Below are positions 1 to 11,613 of a DNA stretch of 64,000 bases, piece by piece (position 1 is the first letter of the stretch; each line of letters begins with the position of its first letter). Location: positions 18,290,001 through 18,354,000 of the forward strand of contig JBHGNT010000002.1 of the NCBI GenBank assembly GCA_043228905.1, in the 5' to 3' direction. The notes beneath the pieces were generated by a model. It was given only the letters and a program-made list of their open reading frames with translations, was not told the origin of the DNA and did no database searches. Source of the stretch: Azolla caroliniana (lineage: Eukaryota > Plantae > Polypodiophyta). Made by a program: the position numbers and the translations under genes.

Positions 1-2197
1 TAATTTAGAATGTTGTTGTCATGAGGTATAGTAAAGGCAGGAAAGAACAAAAAGGGAAGTTGTACAAAGGCTTGAGATTTCGGTTGAAGTGGTTAACACG
101 GGAAAAGTCAAAAGAATCTAAAATAAAAATAAAGCATAGTTTCAACAACACAATGTATGAGATGAACGACATTACATGAGTGATTACAAGGAAGATGCAA
201 GATGTACCAATTGCATTAAGAAAAGACAAAAGGACTATCAAGAAACCTCTTCACTATGGTGATACAATAGCATGTGCAATCTCAATTGAAATGATGAAAT
301 TCTTGTCACTTATCGAGAAGCAATTCAGGATGTTAAGAACGCCAAGTGGAGGAATGTAGTGGAAGAAGAAATGCAATCCCTCGAGAAAAATCAAACATGG
401 AAGCTAGCAAGCTTACCCAAAGGAAAGAAGGTGATTGGTTGTAAAGATGGATTTTGTAACAAGATTGACGTTCCCTATAAGGCAAGATTGGTAGCTAAAG
501 GCTATGCTCAAACGGAGGGAGTAGATAACATTCTTATTGGCCATGGTAGGAAAATTGAATTTTGAACTAGTTTAGATGGATGTAAAAACTGCATTTCTAC
601 ATGGAGACTTGGATGAGGAAATCTAAATGAGTCAACTAGAGGTATTCAAGGTTGCTGTAAAAGAAAAGTTGGTGTGCAAGCTTAACAAATCATTGTACGG
701 GTTAAAATAATCCTCAAGACAATGTTACATGTGATTTGATAAGTTTATGCAAGGGCATGTGTATATTTTCGCAAGCTACAAGATGAAGTATTCATATATA
801 TTCTTCTTTATGTTGATGATATGTTGATAGCTTCAAAGAACTAAGAAGCAATTGAAAAGCTGAACGCTCAACTCAATCAAGAGTTTGAGATGAAGGCTAT
901 GGGAGAAGTAAAAAGGATTCTTGGTATGAAGGTATGCAAAGACGGAGAATGGGGGAGGTTGTACTTAACTTAGAAAGAAGATCTGAAAAAAGTACTAAAG
1001 CGTTTTAACATGAATGAACAATCAAAGCTTGTAGCCACTCTTGCTCCTAATTTCAAGCTTAGTGCATCTTTATCTCCAAAGAATGATAAGGAATAGGAAT
1101 ACATGTCAAAGGTTTTCTATGCATTCTATTGGTAGCTTGATCTATGTTATGGTGTGTACAAGGTTTGACATTTCACAAGCAATTGGAGTTGGCAAGTTGT
1201 GAAATATATTCATAATCCCGTTAAGGAACATTGGCAAGTTGTGAAATGGATTCTATTGCATATTCTCAAGACCATGGATGTTGGTCTAATGTTTCAGCAA
1301 GATGAAGACGATGGTCAATAAGTTGTTGGATTCTGTAGCTCAGATTATGTTGGTGATTTGGATAACAGTAGATCAACCACAGGCTATGTGTTTGGTTTAG
1401 CCAAAGCACCGGCTAGTTGGAAGTCTACTTTATAGTCAGCAGTGCCTCTATCTACATCAGATGCAGAGTATATGGTAGTTATAGAGGTTGTTAAAGATGC
1501 AATTTGGCTTCAAGGATTGCTTGACGAATGAGGAGTAAGACAGAAGCACGTTAGAGTAAATTGTGATAGTTAGATTGCAATTAATTTAGCAGAGAATCAA
1601 GTTTATCATGCAAGGACAAAACACATTGATGTCAAGTATCACTTCATTAGAGAAATTCTTGAATAATATCAAGTTTCAATTCAAAAGATTAAGATTACTG
1701 AAAATCCTGCAAACATGATGACAAAAGTTGTGATAGTTTTCAAGTTCAATCTTTGTTTGGACTTTATAAATGTTTTGAAAAGTTTGAAGTTTGGCCCTTG
1801 CAAAGCGCATTGGAAGACACTACCAAAGATTGCATTGTGAGAAGATGAAAAAATTTGATGATGTGGGAAAGTCCCCAAGGTGGAGATTTGTGGATGGTAG
1901 CTCCCTTTTCCCATTTTCCACATTGAAAGGTTGGGAAGGAGGGGGGAATCTCGTATTATAAATTGAACTCCCCTCCCTTAGGTTCAAGGATCTCATTCCA
2001 AACTCATTTGTAGTAGTTTGGTCTTGTTTTTTCTTCTTTTGTTACTATTGCTTAGAGAAATATTAATCTTGGTAGTATCTAACGACGTAGGCAAAATTAG
2101 CCGAACCTCACTAAATTTCTAGTGTCTTTATTTCTCGTATTTTTCTTGCTTTATTTAATAGTTTTATTTTAGTTAAATATATTTTTCTTTCGCAACA
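1..2197 (+). mobile_element. Degenerate Ty1/copia LTR retrotransposon (Tork/Tnt1-like), 3' part: RT, RNase H, PPT, 3' LTR
   Basis: Copia RT/RH motifs broken by stops and frameshifts: [35 protein letters not shown] (359-565), MDVKTAFLHGDL, LLYVDDMLI, and HARTKHIDVKYHFIRE (~1607-1655). Purine-rich AAGGTGGAGA lies just before the LTR. Confidence 0.9.
1889..2197 (+). repeat. 3' LTR of the copia element
   Basis: Starts TGTGG right after the PPT and ends CGCAACA. Contains a TATAAA and a GACGTAGGC..GCCGAACCTC motif that I recognise from Tork/Tnt1-type LTRs. Confidence 0.7.
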
Positions 2198-3428
2198 AGG
2201 GCATGTGGGAGGCCTATCATGACCAAGGCGACATTACCGTCAATCCTAGACTCACCATGTCAAAGGTGTAGGATATACCTCCAACTCTCTTGTTTTTCGT
2301 TATCTCTTCCAATCCTATGTGTGTAGGTGCACAAATTAGTTTGCCAAAAACCATGTTGTAAATTAGTTGATTTATAACTGTAATTATCCTCGTAACATAT
2401 TAAAAATTGCTTATGGAATTTCCACCAAATTTATTTGTTTCAATTCACCAAAGATCAGTACATGAGAAAAGAAGTGACGAAAAAAGACAAGCAACGTTGC
2501 AAAATTGACATTGAGTGGATTTCTTAAGGTCAATGCGAAAGATGTTCTTGGCACGGGTCTTAAGTCAAAATACTTGTTTTAATGTGGAACTGGCAAAGTC
2601 ATTCTTTTGCGTAGGGAGAACGGGCCACTCATCAATTGCTTCGGATCAACATGAAAGAATTGCACCATAAGGCTCTCATAGAGAGAACATGTTTGTGTGC
2701 TCTTGAAGACGCTCTTTGGTGTGGCAAATTACCTACTACTCAAATATATGTTTAGTAAACTTCTTAACTACAACAAAAGTTACTCTACTCTCCCATTTCC
2801 CCATCAGTCGGCAAGAGCTCAACATCAACAAACGAACATTTAAGATTTAACAACAGTATTTTTTTCACAAGCCTCAAGATTCAGACCCACATCTCTAAAT
2901 CTCCTAGATCTAGTGCCCTCTTGTTGGGTAATGCTTGAAACACCATGTCAAGTTTTCGTGATAAACTCCATTGTTGAGCTATTCTTGAAAGAAGAGTTCC
3001 ATCCCCGGGATTCACTAGGGCATCTGCCAAAGAGTTCTATTGTGTATATATTTCCATAGTAGAACTCAAAATGCAAACTTGTTATTGCAGAAGGATATGT
3101 TGACATTCGTAGTAGATGAAGTTTGACACACCAGGCGCGTGTATGTGGCCACAATTATACATACCCACATTTACAAATCCACAATGGAGGTGTGCATAAT
3201 TGTGAGTATATATGGATGTGCCCACTTGTTGCCATAGGTTAAGAACTTAAGCTATAGGTTGTGTGCATGTGCACTCCTCTATGTACATCTATATGATTAT
3301 GTGTGGCCAATATGTATAGTTGTGGGTCAAACGAAGGTGTACTATAGGCCAAAAGTTCAAGAGGGTCAAAAGATGAAATTGCCATCGGTTAAGAAGAACC
3401 TATGATTGGAAGAGCTTACAAAGGTAAA

Positions 3429-4166
3429 TTAGGTTGTCATAGCTACCGAATTGTTCTAGGTGAGGATCGTGTGATGTTCACCAATGGAAGAGAGCCAAAA
3501 GTTCAATATAAAATGCAATGAAAAAGTAAGATGGGGTATTTCGATGAAGTGAGATGGAGTGAATTTTGACGAATTACACTTGAAAATTGTGACCTTTCCC
3601 TTAAGAGAAGTGGGATGTAGCTTGTGAATGGCTTGGGTGTAAGTGCACATCCACATGTAATTAGGTTGTCATAGCTACCAAATTGTTCTAGGTTAGGATT
3701 GTGTTATGTTGACCAATGCAAGAGTGCCATCTTGCTACGAAGAGGCCACAAAAATTCAAGATAAAATGCAATGAAAAAGTAAGACGGGGTATTTCCATGC
3801 CGAGTTGGAGTCAATTTTGACAAATTACAGTTAAAAATTGTGACCTTTCCCTTAAAAGAAGTGGGCTTTACCTTGTGAATGGTTTAAGCGTAAGTGCACA
3901 TCCACATCAAATTTGGTTGTCATAGCTGCCGAATTGTTCTAGGTGAGGATAGTGTGATGTTGACGAATGGAAGAGACCCATCTTGCTATGAAGAGACCCA
4001 AAAGTTCAAGAGAAAATGCAATGAAAAAGGATGATGGGGTATTTCCATGCCAAGTGAGATGGAGCCAACTTTGAGGAATTACACTTGAAAATTGTGACCT
4101 TTTCCCTTAAGAGAAGGGAGCTTTAGCTTGTGAATGGTTTGAGTGTAAATGCACATCGTCATGCAA
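3429..4166. repeat. Three tandem ~230-255 bp units inside a decayed copia fragment
   Basis: Units start TT(A/T)GGTTGTCATAGCT at 3429, 3661 and 3912. Units 2 and 3 encode PSCYEE, and the sequence after unit 3 reads LVAKEF and MELVQM (copia RT N-terminus-like). Confidence 0.85.
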
Positions 4167-6239
4167 TTAGCCTGAATCTCTAATTCAAAGTGATACTAGT
4201 TGCCAAGGAATTCAAATACCAACATGAAATATGTTTTGATGAAGTTACCCCCTACTCATGAAGAAGACATCATGGATGTAGATTGGAATTGCAACAAAGG
4301 AGGATATGGAATTGGTACAAATGAATATCCTTTCCTTCTAGGAGATCAATAACCAAAGCTTTAGTATGTGGTTAAAGGAATGATGCAATGCTTGTGTGGA
4401 ATAAGGAATCAAGATTTGTACCCTAGAATAGACGAATTGATTGTAGGAAGGCTCTTGGATTTCAGTTAGGTTGGCAATTTGCACAATGCAAAGGCTGCTT
4501 CAACGCATGTTTTCTAGTTTCCGGGAAGAAGGGAATAATGGAGATGAAGTGTTTAGGAGTCTAGAACTATATCAACAGTGGAAGTGAAGTTTATTAGATT
4601 GGGATAGATTTAGGTAAGAGTCCTCAAATCCTTATCTCGATCACCATTTGTGGTAAATGATCATATTGATTTCTTAGATACCAATCAAGTATTATCGTTT
4701 TTGCTCATCAAAATCTTAGGGTTTTTGACCTTAAAATTAGGTTGTATTTGATGATGATGCATTTGCACTCTTGTTGTTAAACTTTATCCTGCTCTTGTTA
4801 GGCATATGCACATGACGAACATCTTGAAATGTATGGTAAAAGACTTCTTACTTCAATATTCACGGGGTGAAGTGGATCTCTGCTCCATAGTCGATGTGTT
4901 TACTAGCTCAAAACAATAGGAATTGTATTGTGATATTCCATATGCATCTTTCCATATCTCATGTTCAACCCATGAATATTAGCTGTTTCACAATCATTTT
5001 CCATGATTTTCACCTTTTTTTAGCTACTTATCTTTTGTAAAAGTACGGGAATCTTTGACAAAGCCTTTGCCATTGTGCTTTGAATAACCAAACATTTGCA
5101 TAAGTCTTCAAAAATTATTATTTGGTAACGAAATACCTTTGCTTGAATGACAAGGTGAGACCCTTCAACCCTAATTGTACCATTAATGTCATTGTGGGTT
5201 GTAGGTTAATTTGACTATACATGTGGTTTACCATGTGTCTTGCTTCTTTTCAGAAGCTTGGTGATAATGCGGCTCATGTTATTGTGATCTTGAAGTGCAA
5301 CTTTGTCCCATCAAGATGAAGAAATATCATATATCAAATCACAATAATACATATACTTTGAGGACCATATTCTTTCTATGATGACAACATTACATCCTAC
5401 ACGCTGACTCCCAAAAACATCCCTGATAATCTACTTATAAAATGTGATAATCTACTTATAAAATGTGTGAAACCTTATAGAACAAGCATGTAATTTCTAA
5501 TGAGTTAGCTTTCAAGAACATATTCATCAATTGTCGCATCATTTTATAGGAGTCTACTAGAATGTTAGGTATGTGAGAGAACCTATTCTCTAATACTTTA
5601 AGCATCATGTAAATGGTTCCCCGAATAACAACTCTCTCAAAGAGTAAGTTCCTTGAGAGAACACATTCCTTATTAATTTTTTAATCAAGATATCAATTCT
5701 TGCATGAGCAAAATATCAGGATAATTAGATGGGTTTCCATAATTATGAAAGGATCTCTAGTGCTTCTATTTAGATAAGCGTGGGGAAATACCCACTAAGA
5801 TTAGGAAACAACTATAAATGACAACCCTTACAAAACTTTCACTATTTTGGTTTCAATGAGAAATTTATCAATTGCTTATGCGTGACTTGTTAGTCAATAA
5901 CACATCAACTATCGTACATTATTAATATATATATATATTTTTTCCAACAATGGTTTATATTATGTTTAAAGTGATTTAAATTATACATGGACACTTCCAA
6001 ATATTCTTAATAATTTCATCATGGATTTTTTATCTTTTTCAACTGCTCTTAGGCTACCACAAACATTCATTATTGCACCACATTTTGCATACATATCTAC
6101 CAGAGCATTGCTAGGTACAGTACAACATGTTTTTCTAACAATCCTGTGTCGATGTTCTCATCATGAACTTCCTCCCCTTTTCAATTGCTTGTGCATGCCT
6201 CGTGTTGGTGGAGAAATACCTAGAGAGGTGGTGGATACT

Positions 6240-7100
6240 TGTAACATATACACCCATTAAACATGAAGAAAACATGTAGCTTGTCCCATCTCTTCTTCTC
6301 AAAAGACTACATTTGAATCTCCCTTGATAGCATCATATTCTCCTTTTAGTGTATGCATCAAACTCGGCCAAATCTCCTTGACTACATCCACAACATTCCA
6401 TCGACATCTACTAGTCCAAAAAACCCATCAGACCATTGAACTAATAGTCTCCCAAACCATTTGTCACAATCTTGTATACAATGTCATATTGAACCCAAAC
6501 CACTTGACATATTCAATATATCAACCTCTTGTATACAATGCCAAGTTAACCTTTTCTCTTTCATAATCTTGTAGTTCACCCTTAATATCTGCCCACATCA
6601 CTATCCCCAATTTATATACTCTAGAGTCATATACCTCATATGCAAAAGACACAAAATATAATCTCCAAAGCAATCTAGTTGCTATACACGGCCAGAATAG
6701 ATGATGAAGCGACTCCATCTCTGACCCATAGAAATCACACATTGCATCCACATTCTTACAATACATCCTAACCCTAACAGAAAACTTCATAATGGACAAG
6801 CAACTATCTAAATAAAAGAGTCTTTCTTGGAATTTGTATGGCAAATAGCCATTTCGAAAATGTTACCATTCATGCGAGTAGGATCAACATTATAACTCAA
6901 CCATGTGTTAGCCATTGTCAGTCAATGGGGCACCCTATGCCTTATCATTACCTTTCCCAATCGAATTGATGTTGAAAAAATGGAATTGTTAAAAACATTG
7001 CCCCCAAAATACGATGTAGCTAACCACGTCCATTCCCTTGGATCCATTCCAATTCACATAATGGTTTTTTCCCCACTACCCAGAGATCCCACACTGAATT
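6240..7100 (-). mobile_element. LINE (L1-type) ORF2 C-terminal remnant with zf-RVT zinc finger
   Basis: ORF 6521-6844 reads CDFYGSEMESLHHLFWPC..LLW, matching the C-x2-C..E-S/T-x-x-H-L-F-x-x-C pattern of plant LINE zf-RVT. Boundaries are approximate. Confidence 0.6.
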
Positions 7101-7959
7101 AACAACATTAGGATTAGGATCAATTATCCACTTTAGCGAGAATTCTAACAGGTTTTATTGTAGCCTTAGCATAACATTCATCTTCGAAGGGGATCGTCTC
7201 CTAATCGTCAATCATGTAGAACACAATCTTACATTATTCATGTTGGAAAATTGTGAAAAGAAAAGTTTTAAGGCTCTCAAACTATTGAATGGTGGTTTAA
7301 TATTGCCCAATAATGTGATAATAAAGGAAAATAAAATTTGTGCCAAATTTAGTAAAAGCATAGTTTTGATAAACCATAGTATGAACCATACACACCATAT
7401 GCGCATTCGTGTTTCAATCATTTGAGCATGGTAAACACCCTCAAAGTATGGTAAATATGTACCATACTTTTGTATTCATTATTTATTTTAAGGTAGATTT
7501 CTTTTTAAGGTAAAAAGTGTAAAAAAACAAAACATAAGAATGTTTTGATAACGTATGCATTTGTTTGCATGCGTATGAGAAAGAATGTTTACCAATGCAT
7601 TTGGGTATGTTAAGTAGTATGATTTAAACTTCTTAGGAACATTGTACTTATTCCAAAATTTAGTGCAACTACTCATTATGAGTATTTTTTTTTCCCATAA
7701 TCTCGTTATATGTCATTATGACTCATATAAGTTTAAATAGTGACTATCTATATATAAGGTTATTGACATGAAAGAATAGAAATCCTCAAAACACTAAATG
7801 AATAGAGAAGGCAATAAATATAGTAAAGCAGAGAATAATTTTCTCTTGAATCAAATATTTTTTCTTTAGTGTAGTTAGGTTGTGTTCTTGTAATCCCTCT
7901 ACATATCTTTGGTTGTGAAGCTTTTGTCCATGTTAGGCAGGAGTTAAGAAACAAGATAG

Positions 7960-8372
7960 ATGCAAAATTCATCAAAGGCAGTGCAAAAGGTGAGATGGGT
8001 TACAGAATTTGGTCACTTCAATTCTGAAGAAATAAAATGTCATGATGTTATATTCAATGAGCCAAACTTGCTCAATGCAACCAACAAAATGAGTGAAATG
8101 GCAATTGTGGCCAATCATTTACTAAAAAATAATGAACATGTAAAGATATACAACCCAATTTCCTAAAAAGGGGATTGCAAAATAGAGAAATTTTAGACCT
8201 TGAAGATGAATATGAATTACAGGCATCGTTTATAAATGAGGAAATTCCTATTAAATTACAGATGATGAGGATTGCTATGCAAGAGAAGATCAAACCATGA
8301 GACTAACACGTGGGATCATTTGGGCTATCCAAAACTAAAAAGGCTATACCCAACAAGTGGGTCTACAACATG
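7960..8372 (+). pseudogene. Short copia integrase-C/RT-N fragment
   Basis: IKCHDVIFNE resembles copia ISRDVIFNE; NTWD..KKAIPNKWVY occurs near 8305-8370. Confidence 0.5.
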
Positions 8373-9633
8373 AAAACTTTGAAGGAGATGTGATGGCGTG
8401 GTCTGTTCTCCAAAACACTGAGGGAGTGTGTTGTTGTGTGAGGAGAAAGAAAGTAGAGAAATTTGTGCAAGAAATGGAGAACAAGATCAAGTTGCCAAAA
8501 GTCAATGTTATTATGAGATATTTGGGATCAATTCGTATTGATATTTGACTTTTAGGTTATTTGGGCATGTTCACACATGGCTGATGACTATAAGTACTTA
8601 TAATCCCCCAAATATTGGCCAATAATATAGTAAAAATATGTGTATAAATCTTTGGAAGAGAGCTTTTACATTGAAGGGTAAAAATATACAAAACATAGAA
8701 TCCTTGGGGCCTTTATCCCTAAGAACCTCCAATTTAAAGGACCAAGGAGGCTCCTTTAATATAAATAACTCCCACAATCTGTATACATTGTTGATGTTTT
8801 GCCTTGGGTAGACACTTTGTGAGAGCAAGTATAAGAGAATCTTTGGGGCCTTTATCCCTAACAAACTCTAGAGAGGTAAACCCAAGATAAGCTCATTTAG
8901 TAGCCAAAGGGTACAAACAAACACAAGGAATCAATTTTGTGAGAGTTGATGTAGCAAATACATAGTTGATGTTGTACCTTGAGTAGACACTTTTTCAGAG
9001 CATCTATAGGATTCTCGAAAGTATTGATCGTGATCAAAGTGATCAAAGTGAGCTTGAGTAGACACTTTTTCAAACCATCTTTGTGATGAAGTGTGTGAGA
9101 AAAGTTGTTAATAGCTGCAACGGAACAATTGTTAGGAAAAATAGACACATAGCCATGCCGTGAGAAGGCTGGTAGACAATAATAGCAAAAATAGTTGCAA
9201 AGAGTAAAGAGCATTTGCAATGAGCAATAAAAATAAAGTTCTTACAAAAGGAGCAAGAAAAATAAAGGAGCCTATTTATACAACATTAGGGAATGTGGGT
9301 GACATGGTGTTACTACTCTAGTAACATGGGCCGGATACTTAATCCCTAAGTACCCTGATCAAAGTCTTGTGGTCGGAGGCATGGTTAATGCGGACTGGGT
9401 TGCACTGCTCATGGTGCACTTCAAACAGATGTAGGCAAAACGTAAACTCGCACAGAGAATACTTGATCAACAGTTCAACACACACAATTTGTTCTGAGCT
9501 AAAACCAATCGGCTTACATAGTACACAATATATATAATTGAAAACTTAGAATATAGACACAAAGATACTCTAAATCAAGATTTGTATTATATCAACTAAC
9601 CTTGATAGATAGGCCCTTTTTACGAGGTTGTAT

Positions 9634-9829
9634 GCCCCATTTTATATGGAAGAAAGAAACAATTACAAAAGAACGTACATGTTACAAGTTTTTATCTAAT
9701 AATTTGAAAGAGTTTTCTTTTCTTTGTCTTTTGTCCGACTCCACACACATTCGGCTACTATTCCTATTGGTTATGACTCATGCTTGGCCTTTCAACCCTT
9801 TCACACTATGGCGTCCTATTCGGCCAACA
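9634..9829 (-). repeat. LTR-like segment homologous to 22258-22454
   Basis: Clear but diverged alignment to 22258-22454 (shared TATCTAATAATTTG, TGCTTGGCCTTTCAACC, CGGCCAACA end, i.e. TGTTGGCCG on the minus strand). Confidence 0.65.
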
Positions 9830-10166
9830 CATGGCACACTTGTGGGACAGTGCCTTGCACGGTCGAACCCACCAAATTTTGTCCACTAAGGGTCCTCAAA
9901 ATTGTGCAAAATGTTTGGCTCATGTGTAGTTGGGCTGTCTGTTTCGGTGTTGCCGATCGGCTCCATGGTCTCTTTGCAAGCCTTGTGTGTGTTGGTTTGT
10001 TTGGTTGTTTGTGTTGTTGTCGAGTTGATTTGTTTGATTTTGCATGTTTTGTTTGTGGCATTGGCTCTTCTTTGACTTCCTTTGGTTTGGCTTGGGTGTT
10101 GGCTTCCTCCCACGGGCTTGTGGCTTGCCTGGTCTCTTCAATCAACTAGTTGTCCTCAATTCACGT

Positions 10167-10787
10167 TGTCGTGAAGAATTTCGGCCATAGGCGAAAACCG
10201 GGAAACATTGTCTACATCGGCGGGGTGCAGCGTGTGTACGCACCCATGTGCATTTGGTGTGAATATTGAGGGCGGCTTTATGGCGCCGAAGAGTAGTCAA
10301 GTCGGGACAGACGATCCCATGAAAGTCGGGATTTGTCCCACATTGTAACGCATCCCTCTCCTTGTTCTATAAAAGGGAGGGAACGCCCTTTGTAAAAGGG
10401 TTGCCCATTTTGGATTAGAGGGTATACCGGTAGGTTTAGGGTTAGGTTTCTTCTGCTTCTTCTTCTTCCCCTTCGTGTTCGTTTAGGGTTGGCTGCAGCT
10501 TATCTCCTGTGCAAGACCCCGCTCGGCGCGACGAGCCCGAGAGCTCCCTGACGGCGGCTTGACAGCAGACGACTGTTGTAAACTATCCTGGTCCGGCTCG
10601 AAGCCGGGAGTGTATTCTTCTTATATATATATACATATACGTTTGCGTCTGTCTGTGTATATTGGCGTCTTGTTGGTGTCGGGTGCTCCCCTCCTTTCCT
10701 GCGTTTCCTGTACAACAGGGCGTGTGTGTGAGTGTGTGTGTGTGTGTGATCCCGCCTTTCTCCACGCACGCGCGTAACAACGCGACA
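10167..10787 (+). repeat. 5' LTR of copy 1 (621 bp, with internal deletion)
   Basis: Near-identical to 13983-14752 except for a ~150 bp length difference. TATAAAA at 10368-10374, a telobox-like TTTAGGGTTAGG and a GT microsatellite. Confidence 0.95.
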
Positions 10788-10791
10788 CCTT

Positions 10792-10809
10792 TGGTGAACC
10801 CGACGTGAA
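10792..10809 (+). promoter_or_regulatory. Primer-binding site complementary to tRNA-Trp(CCA) 3' end
   Basis: TGGTGAACCCGACGTGAA, 4 nt after the LTR, is the reverse complement of the plant cytosolic tRNA-Trp 3' end (..TTCACGTCGGGTTCA-CCA) as I recall it. Confidence 0.85.
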
Positions 10810-10824
10810 AGGCGGCAATGGAGG

Positions 10825-11613
10825 ATGGAGTCGGAAGACGACGACCTTGTGGTGTTGGAGTCGGCACGAGTGGTGATGAGGCGAGAAGCAGCGCAACAAG
10901 CGGTTGGGCGAGTGGTCGAAAGAGTCGGCCGTTTCAACGGGGACAAAGTCCCATCTTACTTGGAAGCCTACAATGCGGAAATGGAAGAGCATGGCGTAGA
11001 CGAGGCGTTGAGGCTGGAGTTCTTCTGCCGGGTCGTAGCTGTTCGGATGCATGTGGAAGTAATGGAGCTCCGTGAGGCTCGTGGTTCGTGGGAGGCCTTC
11101 GAAGAGGCGCTCCTAAAGGCATACGGAGGACGGCGGAAGAGCCGAGGACGGCACCACTTCGACCAGTGGGTAGCATCGGCAAAGACCCACCGGGGTGCGA
11201 CGAAGGCGTTCCGGGAATTCGAGCGACGACTTGCTCGGCTCCCAGAGCGGGAACAAGGTTTGGTGGGGGCGGACAAAGTCCTTTTGTTCGTCAGGTCGAT
11301 CGACCGAGCGGAACGGGAAGCCATCGGGATTAAGCTCGAAGACGATGATGGAGCGAATGGCCTTACGGAGGACTGGTCGAGGGTCGGAAGGGTGTGCCAA
11401 AGGCTAGACAACGAGCGAGCCGAGAAGGCTAAGAGGAAGGTACGGGACGGCGTGCCATCACAGCGGGAAGAGGCCGAACGACAGGGAGAGTCGACAAGGG
11501 TCGGCGTTGGGGCCAGGATTGCGGAGGCGTACGCAGCGCTCAAAGCGATGCTCGAGGAAGAGGGGAAAATGGAAACCGAAGAAGGGCTTATTATGGAGTC
11601 GGGCCGGAGGTGA
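10825..11613 (+). CDS. Gag-like (capsid-like) protein, 262 aa
   Basis: Intact ORF starting 15 nt after the PBS. RFNGDKVPSYLEAYNAEM..LRLEFF..SWEAFEEALLKAY resembles retrotransposon gag. A homologue lies at 61296-62097. No CCHC knuckle. Confidence 0.75.
   Translation: MESEDDDLVVLESARVVMRREAAQQAVGRVVERVGRFNGDKVPSYLEAYNAEMEEHGVDEALRLEFFCRVVAVRMHVEVMELREARGSWEAFEEALLKAYGGRRKSRGRHHFDQWVASAKTHRGATKAFREFERRLARLPEREQGLVGADKVLLFVRSIDRAEREAIGIKLEDDDGANGLTEDWSRVGRVCQRLDNERAEKAKRKVRDGVPSQREEAERQGESTRVGVGARIAEAYAALKAMLEEEGKMETEEGLIMESGRR

Noticed and set aside
1-2197. Horizontal transfer of an angiosperm-like Tork copia
   Set aside because: The lineage is widespread in plants and the host species is unknown, so this cannot be supported without a phylogeny.
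4802-4870. Candidate MADS I-region exon (MTNILKC..)
   Set aside because: Only a weak resemblance, in degenerate sequence, with no convincing splice phase.
7443-7470. 11-bp perfect hairpin AAAGTATGGTA..TACCATACTTT
   Set aside because: Isolated and AT-rich, with no supporting element structure such as a Helitron CTRR end at the expected distance.
9490-9510. Possible PBS (TGGTTTTAGCTCAG on minus) next to the LTR-like segment
   Set aside because: I could not match it to a tRNA 3' end. There is also no PPT beside 9829, so pairing 9634-9829 with 22258-22454 as one element's LTRs is unproven.
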